A stretch of DNA of 64,000 nt from Ruditapes philippinarum. Lineage: Eukaryota. Both the position numbers and the translations under genes were made by a program. The notes under the pieces are model-generated. The model was not told the DNA's origin and made no database searches. It saw only the letters and a list, made by a program, of their open reading frames with translations. The stretch covers positions 1 to 64,000 of the forward strand of contig NW_026861275.1 of NCBI RefSeq assembly GCF_026571515.1, written 5' to 3'. Shown in pieces: positions 40,018 through 52,900 of this stretch (position 1 is its first letter; every line of letters begins with the position of its first letter).

Positions 40018-40776
40018 AAATCATTAATTTGGCAGCTCTAGTTTTAGTATTGTATAATAGATATTTTTCATATTATAATAGCCAGTCACTGATTCAACTC
40101 ATCTCTCATCTCGACAGCGAAAACATGAGCTTATATAATGTCACTTTAAGTTCGTGTATTTAAGAAAGTGTCAGAGAAATAGCACGTGCTTAAGCCGAAT
40201 GGTACACTTAATGAACAAATATTCATTTAGGGAACAAAATTATAACATATTCCATAGCCCTTTGAAATACCTTTATATAATACAAGTATATTTTTAATCA
40301 AATAACCGTAGAGCTTCGACATTCCGTGGGTTCAAACCCACGTTACGGCCAGGCCATTGTTTCCTTGAGCAAGAAACTTATGAATTGCAAAGATTCCAGA
40401 AACGGATTCGAGAGTGTTCCATCACAATCGAACTAAAACAAATTCGTGTAAATATTTTTTTTTCTGAAACCGCCTAGTGGTTAAAATATGATACACATGT
40501 ACCCAACTATGCAGCAACGATACTACAAAAAAAATAGCTTAACCAAAGGAAACACATTTTTTTTACGGATGTACATTTAATTTTTTCTTTGACTGCGCAT
40601 GCGTTACAGCAGATGTTGAGCACGTACCTTGGCAGGAACAATTTCGTTGAGCATTTTATATGTGCTGCACATTTCCTCCAACCTCTTTTCAATATAAACG
40701 AAAATGCCCAGTCGAATATGACTATTCATAATTGTCCAAAAGTAAAACAGTAAATTAATGAAATTGTCTGTCTTAA

Positions 40777-41123
40777 AGGAACTCCATCGAGGTACAAAGG
40801 CCTAAAACATAAAAGCTGAAAATCTCACATAGATCAATGAAAGATATGCCAAAGGTAATAGAGAAATATACTCAGGTATAAATTTAAGATTATATTGTGT
40901 GCTATCCATATCACGGTTTGAGTGAAAAGCGTTTAAACGCTTTTCACTTTTGGGTCATTTTTCACAATAAAATAATTATTCTTAAAAAAAAACTCGGAGT
41001 GATCGATTGAATTGAAATTGTGCACACAAGTTATTGGTCTAAACCTACTGTACATAAAACGATACATTAATCTCAAAGCTATTTCAAGTCCTGTCATGTT
41101 AAAAAGATCTCAGCTGAGTCCCT
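40777..41123. mobile_element. Kolobok-like non-autonomous element
   Basis: TTAA|AGGAACTCCA…GAGTCCCT|TTAA; homologous to 17866-18224. Confidence 0.75.
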
Positions 41124-41284
41124 TTAATGTTTAATGCAATCAAACTTTTTTCTGCTATCGAACTTCATGGTTACATTTTCATTTTAAGAACTTCTTGACG
41201 TGACTAGATAGATATTTTTCACGTTCCAAATGGATAATAAATGACTGTAAAGCTGTTTTATGTTGTTTTTTTTGTTACTGTCAT

Positions 41285-41425
41285 TTTGTTGTTGGGTATA
41301 ACATCGCACCAACACAATTTATGTCATATGGCGACTTTCTAGCTTCACTGGCTGATGCCTACAGCGATGAGGACCGAGTGGCAAGTGGTTTGAAATGAAC
41401 GATCTTAACCACTCGGTCACACGGC
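41285..41425 (-). mobile_element. tRNA-derived SINE, internally deleted
   Basis: TGTTGTTGGGT.TAAC.TCGCACC.ACACAATT..GTCATATGGCGACTTTC tail region and GCAAGTGGTTTGAA…CTTAACCACTCGGTCAC head. Confidence 0.55.
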
Positions 41426-41771
41426 TATTGCATGTGGTTTTTTTTGCATGTTTTAATGTGAATGGTCAATTACGTTTTAAGTTTTTTCGATTGACTTAAT
41501 TAAATTAGCAATAGAGATTTGTTGGCAATTATAATGTTTCGAAGGATTATAAGGTGACAAAATGGACATTATCTAGCAAAAGAATATTGGTTTCTGAAAA
41601 GAAAAAAAATGCACAATTTAATTTACCTTATGACTTTAATCATACTAAAAGAATACCTTTAAATTGCCATCCAAAGATAATACAATATGCATGTATTAGG
41701 TTTTTCTTCAAATAACAATAACAACTTTGCAACGCATGTATATTCAACGTCTTCATCATTTTGCAGTTGCT

Positions 41772-41879
41772 AAAATAACCTCTCGTATGCAAAATAACTC
41801 TCATATGCAAAATAACTCTCGTATGCAAAATACCTCTCGTATACAAAATACCTCTCGTATACAAAATACCTCTCGTATG
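41772..41879. repeat. 18-bp minisatellite, ~6 units
   Basis: AAAATA(A/C)CTCTCGTAT(G/A)C repeated. Confidence 0.85.
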
Positions 41880-42295
41880 GCTCAAAGAGGTTTTCTTGTT
41901 TCCTCCATTATGTTTGTAAAGCTTCTGTCGCACTGGATCAAACAAATGAATTCGGTATAAGTAAATAAATTACCAGAAAACAATGGTAACGCCGACACGA
42001 TCAAAACCATTCATTACGTCACACAATGTAACAGCATATGACTAAACGAGAAAATTTATTGTATATTTGAACATTAACAAACTTTTTTTATCTTTGGTCT
42101 CAAGGCACGTACATATCTATTTCAATTATTTTCTTAATAGCTTTTTTGAAATTGTGACATTCAAATACCGAATGACGTAGAAAAAAAATGTACGTAAAAA
42201 AAAGACATTGTATATAATGTAGGCCAATATCTCCGACATTTAAGGTTATTGACCCATTTTTAAACGTGATGTTATTGAACGGAAGTGATAAAGAT

Positions 42296-42505
42296 TGTTT
42301 GTTTGCTTCGTTTTACGCCTTTTTCCAACAGTATTTCAGTCATATAGGCGGGTAGTTTCCTAACCATCGTTCCTGGAGAGTACACCAGTATTAGACTACC
42401 TTCCTCCGTGCTAAACTACCAAAGCATCTCGCGGGGATCGAACCCACGCCAGAGAAGTAACTGGATAAGAAGTCATCGACTCTAACCCCTCGACCACGGA
42501 GACGG
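42296..42505 (-). mobile_element. tRNA-derived SINE remnant
   Basis: TGTTTGTTTG tail, CAACAGTATTTCAGTCATAT core, GGGGATCGAACCCACG B-box complement, CTCTAACCCCTCGACCACGG A-box side. Confidence 0.6.
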
Positions 42506-43949
42506 TAGGAGTGATAAAGTACAAATAATAAAAAAAAAATATATTCTTTAAAGCCACCATGTTAACATTTTTATTGCTCTAAATTAGTTATCAATGTTTT
42601 TTCATCAATGCCGAACAATTCTATGATTATACCCTATACCGAAAATTAAAAAAGATCTTTAAATTTAATTTATTTCGAACAATTTCACGGAAATTGAAAA
42701 AAACAAATCCATCACTTACAAAGACATGAATTGTTAAAGAAGGATTTAACCCACTCAGGTATAAAACTATTAAAGTAGTAACTATTTCGCTTTGATGGGA
42801 TACTTAAACATTGAAACTGTATTTGTTCATGAAAATTAATTTTCGTAATGAATAAAATGTACAAAGAAAAACCATTATACAATTTACGTTTGATCATCAC
42901 CGCCTGTAGGACTGGATTTTAATACTAATTATTTTGAATTAAAATTTATTTATTCAAATAATTATATATATTGAAGTAAGTAAAGTAACAGTACAATACA
43001 CAAGTAACATTATCGTGTGATGATGAATAGATTTTTTACTCAATTAGATAATTACAGTCTCTATCATAACACAGTATTGTAATTTTTTTTAGATTTGCTA
43101 AGTTGGTGGTTTTGATGCACGAGACTATATGAGCTTGTAGCAAGGTACGTGTCAATCACGTGGGATCATTCTTCAGTAGAGGTGTCACGGTTAGAAAAAA
43201 TGCTGACCGTTTAAACATCCTTAGAATCTCATCATAAACTTTGTTTTTTTGTGACAAGATATGCCATTTTGTTCATATTTTGTTGTACTCAAAATAATAT
43301 CAATACATATCCGAATATGGAGTTACTATTTTCCGCTAGGGTCGAGTACAACTAAAATGCAAACACCTGTCATATCTTGTCATAAAAATTCTAAGGTTAT
43401 ATTAAGAAACAATTTAGAACTTTCCGCCTCATAGTCAAATACTATGACATCCATTTTCTTCAGTGTTCACAAAGCTTTTTATATCATAATACAATTGGAG
43501 ATGAATATGTTATAACAATAATAATGATAATAATAGTAATAATAATAAAATAATAATAATAATAACAGTAAATAACACTAACGACATTAGAAAATATTTA
43601 TTGAACGAGACATGTAAAGTATAAATCACATTTTATCGGATATCCTGGGTGAGTCAAAGGAAATATTTTGTTGATCCTGAGTCAATGAGATATACATGTA
43701 CATGTATATGATAAATGTTTGCTATTTGGTTTCTGTCTTTTGTTTTTACAAGTTATGATTTAACAGTTTATAATTTAGCAGTTATGTTAAAAACAAAATT
43801 AGTGAATACAATATTATATTTCATGGCCCTTCTGTTTTTCCTCACAGTAGAATCCTGTTGACAGCTATATTCCATCAACCATTTTTTCACGTAGAATGTC
43901 ATTTACATAGAAATGTACAACATGTGTAGTGATGTTTTATTTCCGGCAT

Positions 43950-46900
43950 CTATACGAAATATAAACTGTTTCGTCTCTCTGAAAATAAAGTTAAAATGTG
44001 GTAAAGTTGGTAGTTTAAATATGTGGTAAAGTTGGTAGTTTAAATATGTGATAAAGTTGATAGTTTAAATATGTGGTAAAGTTTGGTAATTTAAACATGT
44101 GATAAAGTTGATTGTTTAAATATGTGGTAAAGTTAGTAGTTTCAATATGTGGTAATGTTGATAGTTAAAATATGTGGTAAAGTTGGTAATCTAAATATGT
44201 TTAATAGTTGGTAGTTTAAATATATGGTAAAGTTGGTAGTCTAAATATGTGGTAAAGTTGGTAGTTTATATATGTGGTAAAGTTGGAAGTATGAAAAGGT
44301 GGTACAGTTGGTAGTGTAAATAAGTGTTTTAATTGGTAGTTTAAATATGTGGTAAAGTTGGAAATCTTAAAACATGGTAAAGTTGGTAGTTTAAACATGT
44401 GGTGAAGTTGGTAGTCTAAATATGTGATAAAGTTGGTAGTTTAAATATGTAGTAAAGTTGGTAGTTTAAATATGTGGTAAAGTTGGTAGTTTAAATATGT
44501 GGTAAAGTTGGTAGTTTAAATATATGGTAAAGCTGGTAGTTTAAATATGTGGAAATGTTGGTAGTCTGAATATGTGATAAAATTGATAGTTTAAATATGT
44601 GGTAAAGTTGGTAGTGTAAATATGTGGTAAAGTTGGTAGTTTAAGTATGTGGTAAAGTTAAAAGTTTAAATATGTGGTAATGTTGGTAGTTTAAGTAGGT
44701 GGTAAAGTTAATAGTTTAAATATGTGGTAATGTTGGTATTCTGAATATGTGGTAAAGTTGGTAGTTTAAATATGTGGTAAAGTTGGTAGTCTAGGAATGT
44801 GGTAAAGTTGGTAGTTTAAATATGTGGTAAAGTTTGTAGTTTAAATATGTGGTAAAGTTGGTAATCTTAAAACATGGTAAAGTTGGTAGTTTAAATATGT
44901 GGTAAAGTTTGTAATCTCAATATGTGGTTAAGCTGGTATTGTAAATATGTGGTAAAGTTGGTAGTTTAAATATGTGGTAAAGTTGGTAATCTTAAAACAT
45001 GGTAAAGTTGGTAGTTTAAATATGTTGTAAAGTTGGTAGTTTAATATGTGGTAAAGTTCATAGTTTAAATATGTGGTAAAGTTGGTAGTCTAAAAATGTG
45101 GTAAAGTTGGTAGTTTAAATATGTGGTTAAATTGGTAGTTTAAATGTGTGACAAAGTTGATAGTTTAAATATGTGGTTATGTTGATAGTTTAGATATGTT
45201 GTAAAGTTTGTTGTCTCAATGAGTGGTAAAGTTGTAAGTTTAAACATGTGGTAAAGTTGGTAGTTTAAATATGTGGTAAAGTTGGTAGTTTAAATAGATG
45301 GTAAAGTTGGTAGTTTAAATATGTGGTAAAGTTAATTATGTATGTGGTAAATATATCTAAGAATGTAAATTAAAATGTGACACAGTATGAATGTAAATAT
45401 TTGGCAACGTGTGATGAAAGTTAAATTGTGGCAAGAGATATAGGTTCAAATGTGGCAAAATATAAAAAAAATAAGTTAAAATGTGTCAAAGTACGCAAGT
45501 CATGTTTGTAAGTTGAAATAAGGTTAAGTATGTAAGTTAACAGTTGGCAATGAAGTTATGTTTAAAAAAGGCAAAGTATGCAAGTTAAAATGTGGTAAAA
45601 TTTGAAAAGTTAAAATGTTGTAAATCATATAAGTTAAATGTGTGCAAAGTGTGTAAGTTAAAATGTGGTAATTATGTAACTTAAAAATATGGTAAATTAT
45701 GGAAGGTAAAAGTGGTAAAATATATAAGTTAGAATGCAGTAAAGTATGTACGATGCATAGTAAAACATGTTCTTTGAAGTGGCTGGTTGATGAAATTCAT
45801 ATAAGAAGAAGAAAGAAAGAAAGAAAAAAAGAAAGAAAGAAAGAATATTTGTATTGACGTGAAAAGAGAAGATGACTTACCAACAGGAGTGAGAGATCTT
45901 CCACCTGTAAAGAAACAAACAGACTTTCAATACACAGTAAGAACGTATTTATTACTGTTTAAACCCCTTGAAGTATTGTAGAAATTAACAGTTAAATCAA
46001 TCAATAAATTAATTAATTAATTAATTAATTAATTTATTAAGCAATTGATTTTATCGTCAATAAATTAATTCAATTCTTTAGTTATGTTGATTTATAAATA
46101 CATCGATTAATAATCATGATAATAAATTAACAACAAATATATGTTTTAATAATTATAATGATAACAATAATAATAATAAATCAACAACGAAAATATTTTT
46201 TACTGCCAAATTAACATAAGTAATTCGGACTTAATGAAAAGTTGCTTTTAAAGGACTCAATAAATATTTTCATATAACATTTAAGTTAGATTTATATAAA
46301 TCAGACAACGTTTGAAATTGGACGTGGTTTTTATTTGCAATTACGGTCACCTAATAGACAGAACTTGCATCTATTTATAAGAAAACTTAGTTGATAATAT
46401 GATGTAGAAGATAATTCACAAACCTGGTACGCTGGGATGAGAATGGAATTGTTGTGATCGTGGTGGTTGGCTATTTTCTACAGGAGTAGAATCGTCCACC
46501 ATGTTGAAATCGCTCTCCGAGTCCTGATCACTTTGTCTCCTGTATTATATATAACTTAGTTATCTCAAACCCCCAAATTTGTATAATCAATTTGTCCTGT
46601 TTTGAATTTGGCAATGTCTCTAGCTTTTTTATGGGGTGTCAATATCAGTGAATTGTTAAAATGAATCACGCATGTGCAGATTGGCAGGACTTAAAACTAT
46701 GCTTATTTAAAATAAACGCGTGAAATTCAGTAACTTATTATTTGAAATCAACCAAAATCGTGATACAAGTCAAATATAGATGTATACATTATGATTTAAT
46801 ACTGTCACAATTATACAAAACAATTTGAAGAAGAAGATGAAAAAGGTACAATGGTTACCATACCTATTTCTGGCAGCTTGGATTTTTGGTTTACAACCTC

Positions 46901-49900
46901 TAATTTTCCTCAAGAAAAAGATCAGACTTCCTACGGCAGCGAATACAAATGGAATCGCACTTAAACCTGCATACTTTTCAAGATTATTGCTGGAATCTGA
47001 CGACTCCTCAGATTTCGATGCTGCTTCGGTACCGAGCAATACTTGTAATGGTGAAGAAGAAGTAGGCGAGGTTGTTGATGTTAAAGTAGAAGTCGGCGGA
47101 GTTCTCGCTGTTGAAGTAGAAGTCGGCGGAGTTGTTGTTGTTGAAGTAGTAGTCGGCGGAGTTGTTGTTCTTGAAGTTGTAGTAGGCGGAGTTGTTGTTG
47201 TTGAAGTAGTAGTAGGCGGAGTTGTTGTTGTTGTTGTTGAAGTAGTAGTCGGCGGCGGCGGAGTTGTTGTTGTTGAAGTAGTAGTAGGCGGAGTTGTTGT
47301 TGTTGAAGTAGTAGTAGGCTGAGTTGTTGTTGTTGAAGTAGTAGTAGGCGGAGTTGTTGTTGTTGACGTAGAAGTCGGCGAAGTTGTTGTTGTTGAAGTA
47401 GTAGTAGTCGGCGGCGGAGTTGTTGTTGTTAAAGTAGTTGTGGGTGGAGTTGTTGTTGAAGTCGGCGGAGTTGTTGTTGTTGAAGAAGTAGTAGACAGAG
47501 TTGTTGTTGTTGTAGTAGGCGGAGTTGTTGTTGTTGAAGTAGTAGTAGGCGGAGTTGTTGTTGTTGAAGTAGTAGTAGTCGGCGGCGGAGTTGTTGTTGT
47601 TGAAGTAGTTGTGGGTGGAGTTGTTGTTGTTGAAGTCGGCGGAGTTGTTGTTGTTGAAGTAGTCGGCGGCGGAGTTGTTGTTGTTGAATTAGTAGTAGGC
47701 GGAGTTGTTGTTGTTGAAGTAGGAGTCGGCGGCGGAGTTGTTGTTGTTGAAGTAGTTGTGGGTGGAGTTGTTGTTGTTGAAGTCGGCTGAGTTGTTGTTG
47801 TTGAAGTAGTAGTAGGAGGAGTTGTTGTTGTTGAAGTCGGCGGAGTTGTTGTTGTTGAAGTAGTAGTAGGAGGAGTTGTTGTTGTTGAAGTAGTCGGCGG
47901 CGGAGTTGTTGTTGTTGAAGTAGTTGTGGGTGTTGTTGAAGTCGGCTGAGTTGTTGTTGTTGAAGTAGTAGTAGGAGGAGTTGTTGTTGTTGAAGTAGGC
48001 GTAGGCGGAGTTGTTGTTGAAGTAGTTGTGGGTGGAGTTGTTGTTGTTGAAGTAGTAGTAGGCGGAGTTGTTGTAGTGGGCGTTGTTGTTGAAGTAGGCG
48101 TAGGCGGAGTTGTTGTTGTTGAAGTAGTAGTAGGCGGCGAAGTTGTTGTTGTTGAAGTAGGCGTAGGCGAAGTTGTTGTTGTTGAAGTAGTTGCGGGTGG
48201 AATTGTTGTTGTTGAAGAAGTAGTAGACAGATTTGTTGTTGTTGAAGTAGGCGGAGTTGTTGTTGTTGTAGTAGTAGTAGGCGAAGTTGTTGTTGTTGAA
48301 GTAGTAGTAGGCGAAGTTGTTGTTGAAGTAGGCGGAGTTGTTGTTGTTGAAGTAGTAGTAGTTGGCGGAGTTGTTGTTGTTGAAGTAGTAGTAGGCGAAG
48401 TTGTTGTTGTAGTAGGCGGAGTTGTTGTTGTTGTTGAAGTAGTAGTAGAAGGCGGTGTTGTTGTTGTTGAAGTAGTAGTAGGCGGAGTTGTTGTTGTTGA
48501 AGTAGGAGGAGTTGTTGTTGTTGAAGTAGGCGTAGTTGTTGTTGTTGTTGTAGTAGGCGGAGTTGTTGTTGTAGTAGGCGGAGTTGTTGTTGTTGTTGAA
48601 GTAGGCGGAGTTGTTGTTGTTGTTGAAGTTGTAGTAGGCGGAGTTGTTGTTGTTGAAGTTGTAGTAGGTGGAGTTGTTGTTGTTGTTGAAGTAGGCGTAG
48701 GCGAAGTTGTTGTTGTTGAAGTAGTAGTAGGCGGAGTTGTTGTTGTTGAAGTAGAAGTAGGCGGAGTTGTTGTTGTTGAAGTAGTAGTAGGCGGAGTTGT
48801 TGTTGTTGAAGTAGTAGTAGGCGGAGTTGTTGTTGTTGTTGAAGTAGGCGGAGTTGTTGTTGTTGAAGTTGTAGTAGGCGGAGTTGTTGTTGTTGAAGTA
48901 GAAGTCGGCGGAGTTGTTGTTGTTGTTGAAGTAGTAGTAGGCGGAGTTGTTGTTGTTGAAGTAGTAGTAGGTGGAGTTGTTGTTGTTGTTGTTGAAGTAG
49001 GCGGAGTTGTCGTTGTTGAAGTTGTAGTAGGCGGAGTTGTTGTTGTTGAAGTAGAAGTAGGCGGAGTTGTTGTTGTTGAAGTAGTAGTAGGCGGAGTTGT
49101 TGTTGTTGAAGTAGTAGTAGGCGGAGTTGTTGTTGTTGACGTAGAAGTAGGCGAAGTTGTTGTTGTTGAAGTAGTAGTAGGCGCAGTTGTTGAAGTGGGC
49201 GTTGTTGTTGAAGGTGTAACTCCGACATACAATGTCAATGTTGCAGATTCACTTTGACCATCGTTATAACAAGTTACTGTTATTGTAAATATTTGGTCAT
49301 CACTAAGCTCTTTTTTCTTTGCCCTTATTTCATCACCTATAAAATAATCTGTAAACTGTACAACAATTTTTATATATCGTATATTGAATAAAATTATGAT
49401 GGTTTATGTTCTTTTTTAATTTTTTGTAAATGAAAATTGATATGTGTTGATTAAAGTATATTGGAGGGATTACCATTGATTACATATCACCCCGAGTTAG
49501 AACAAACAAACAAAAAATCGAAATTTGTAAAAATGTCATTTTCATTTAAATTCTGCCGATGTTCTGGGTTTACCGATCAAAGAATCGGGACACATTTGTG
49601 TGTGAGCGCCACATCTATTTATTTAAGTATTTATCATACAATTTTTGCATACAATGTTTGTGATAAATATTGCCACGCTTTAAATGTTTTACTTAATTTA
49701 TGTTAACCATCAATCAATACGGAACACCATGCCGGTTATTCATAACCATCTCGGAAATCATAGCCAACCTAAAAAGTTGAGATTGTCATCATTAAAACGG
49801 GTAAACCGAGTCAATTTCCTTAGAAAAGCGTTTGAACGAACAAGATTGATGATCCTGGTTGCACTGATGCTCTATGAATTATATATAGGAGATATTGCGA

Positions 49901-52900
49901 GTTTCCACGAGTTGACGTTTATTGTACACGTTGTAATCAGTTAAAAGAAATAAAAATAATAATACGCACCTACAATCAGAATCTGTTTATTGCTTTCAAT
50001 ATCACAAAAACTATTGATAGAAGTTGAGCAGCCATTGGATATATCCAGTATATACAGGGACATAAATCCGTTACTTTCTGTTGTTGTATCAAGGCTTATC
50101 GTCATGGGAAGGTTGTTGAAAATCGGCGCCTTAAAATAAAACAATGTACATTGCTCAATCATAAGTGAGGCTTTTTCTACATTTCAGAAATATGGCGAAG
50201 TTATAAAAAAGTTCCATACATTTATATAATTATGATACCTGACTTACAGATATTGAAAATTGGGGAACCCTTGCAATGACATGTTTAAAGGGTCTCTGGA
50301 TTTTTGTATAACTAGATGTATGTCTAGACCAATAACTCATGTACAAATTTTCACATCATTCGCTCACTCCGTTTCCCAGAAATAATCAATTTTATTGTGC
50401 AAATTGGCCTAAAAATGAAAACCGTTGCAACGCTTTTCATCCAAATCGGTCAAAAATCGCATGAAAATCGATTATCAATTTAATACCCGTTATATTTATA
50501 TATCATCTATTGTTTGGTTTCAAATTTAAGTGTACCACTTGATTTAAGAAAAAAAAATCAAAATTTATTATTTTAGGTTTGGACCTCTGTGGAGTTCCTT
50601 TAATAGAGAATGCAACATTAATATACTCAATTACTTGGTAGCGTCCATGGTTTGACATTTTATGCCTCGTTTTCTATAAAAGGTCGAGGAATACAAAGAA
50701 ATCCACGAAATGTTTGCAAGTGTTGTAGAAACTCTACAAAAAGTGGAGGGGTGGGTATAGGCTGCGACAATTTGTTCCTCAACAAGTTTATTTCATACAA
50801 TTACAACATAAAATTTCGCGGACTTTAAAGTTGCCCGCGACCTTTTATAAACTGACGGTAAAATTTCTCACGGGTTTAAAATGTATAAAACAGGGACAGT
50901 AAAATAATAGCAATATTTGAAATATATCCACCATTCTATTCATGTTTTATATTTACCGTTTCAATAATATTAAGAGTGAGTGTCCCGGATGTTGATGCTG
51001 CATCCTGGTCGGTAGCAATAAAGTTGAGAATATGTTATTCCCCAGGTGTGAGACATGTTGTGACGAGTAGTTGTTCTACAAGAAAATAATTCAATAACAA
51101 ACTTCATAACTTTAAATTTGAAGAGATATACCTATAAACTACTTTCACTGATATATGTCAGCTTAACATTGGCTTTATTTCATTTACAACCGAGTATTTA
51201 TGCAAGTATTCGCAGTGCTAAATCTATAGTTAATAATAATAAATTCACAGTCTTGCAAATTGTCAAATATTGCATTAAAATCGTATTTTTTAAACATATA
51301 ATTTAGGTAAGGGTGGAGTGGAATATCATGATCAAGAAAATTAGACAACTTGTACGCATTACGTTTTCCTGTCACGTAACTCGAATTACTTTCCCTGATA
51401 GTCTATTATAACTTGTAATGCAACGAAAGATTTAGAATAATAATCATCTTCCCAGTTTAAATTTAGATCCTATTTTAACCGTTTATTATCAACTTCCTAA
51501 TTCTTAAATCAAGGTGACAAAAATAATCTGTGTGGTCAATCAGTACAGATAACTATGGCGATCTGGTTCAAAACTTGTTATGTGCATAATCCAAACCATC
51601 CGTGGGGTAAATGATATTGTTAATCAAGTTTTCATATTGAAAGTCAATGTGATCAATTAGTTTAAAACGATCATAAGAGGGTAAAAAATTCAACGTATTG
51701 AAACCCGGCATGATATTTAACCAAAATATATTCTGTGTTAGAAAAAAACCCACATATTATGTTATAATATAAAAAAAAGAAACAATGTATTAAACTTATA
51801 CAAAAATGCTACTGCAACCAGGTGTACAGGAACAAAAACTGAATGTTGCATGAATTGACAAACATTTAATTTCCTACGCAGCTTTAGAAGAACTATGTCA
51901 ATGAATTTTGACACGTCGATACTTTGTAAATATGATCAATGTTTGTCAATACATAAATATAATAAACCACTGACAACAAAACCAATCGTATTGCTTAATT
52001 GATAATGATATTGTATCTAAAAATGTTAAAACTTTATCAAAGTTAGAAAATCACAATATAAATACTATCATTTGAATTAAACCGTATTTGTTGTATTCTC
52101 ATAGATATTTTACAGGACATGTCTTGAAAGAGTCCTGTACATATTCCCCGAATCCGGATAATTTACTTCCCGTTATTTCGTGAACCCGGACAACTCCCAT
52201 TCTTTTTATGTTCTGATCCCGGAAAACTCACTTCCCGTTATTGCCTTAACCCTGACAATTCCCTTCCCGTTATATCCTGAACACTGACAATTCCCTCAAG
52301 ATATTTTCGGAACCCGGGCAACCCCCTTCCCGTTATTACCTGAACCCGAATAACTCCCTTCCTGTTATTTTTTGAACCCGGACAATTCCCTTCCCATTAT
52401 TTCCTGAACCCTGACAATTTCCCGGACATATCACTTCCGGTTATTTCCTGAATTCTTACAATTTTCTTCCAGTTATTTCCTGAACCCGGATAATTTTCCT
52501 CCCGTTACTTTCTGAATCCCCGTTATTTTTTTAACCCTGACAATCTCCCTTTTGATTTTCTTTTAACCCGGACAATACCCTTTCCGTTATTTCCTGGACG
52601 CGGACACTCGGACCCGGACAACTTCCTTCCCATTATTTCCTGAACCCGGACAATGCCCTTCTGGTTACTTTCGGAACCTGGACAATTCACTTCCCCTTTT
52701 TTTCTGAACCCGGACACTCTCAGTTATTTTCTGAATTCCCTTCCGCTTATTTACGGAACCGGGACAGTTCCCCTCCCGTTATTTCCTAAACCCGGACAAT
52801 ACCCCTCCCGTTATTTCCTGAACCCAAACACTTCCTTTCCCGTTATTTCCTAAACCCGGACAACTCACTTCCCACTATTTCCTGAACTCGGACAATTCTC

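Noticed and set aside
46825-49257. Poly-Val/Gly plus-strand ORFs and the poly-Gln/Leu minus-strand ORF
   Set aside because: Frame and strand shadows of the Thr/Pro mucin repeat.
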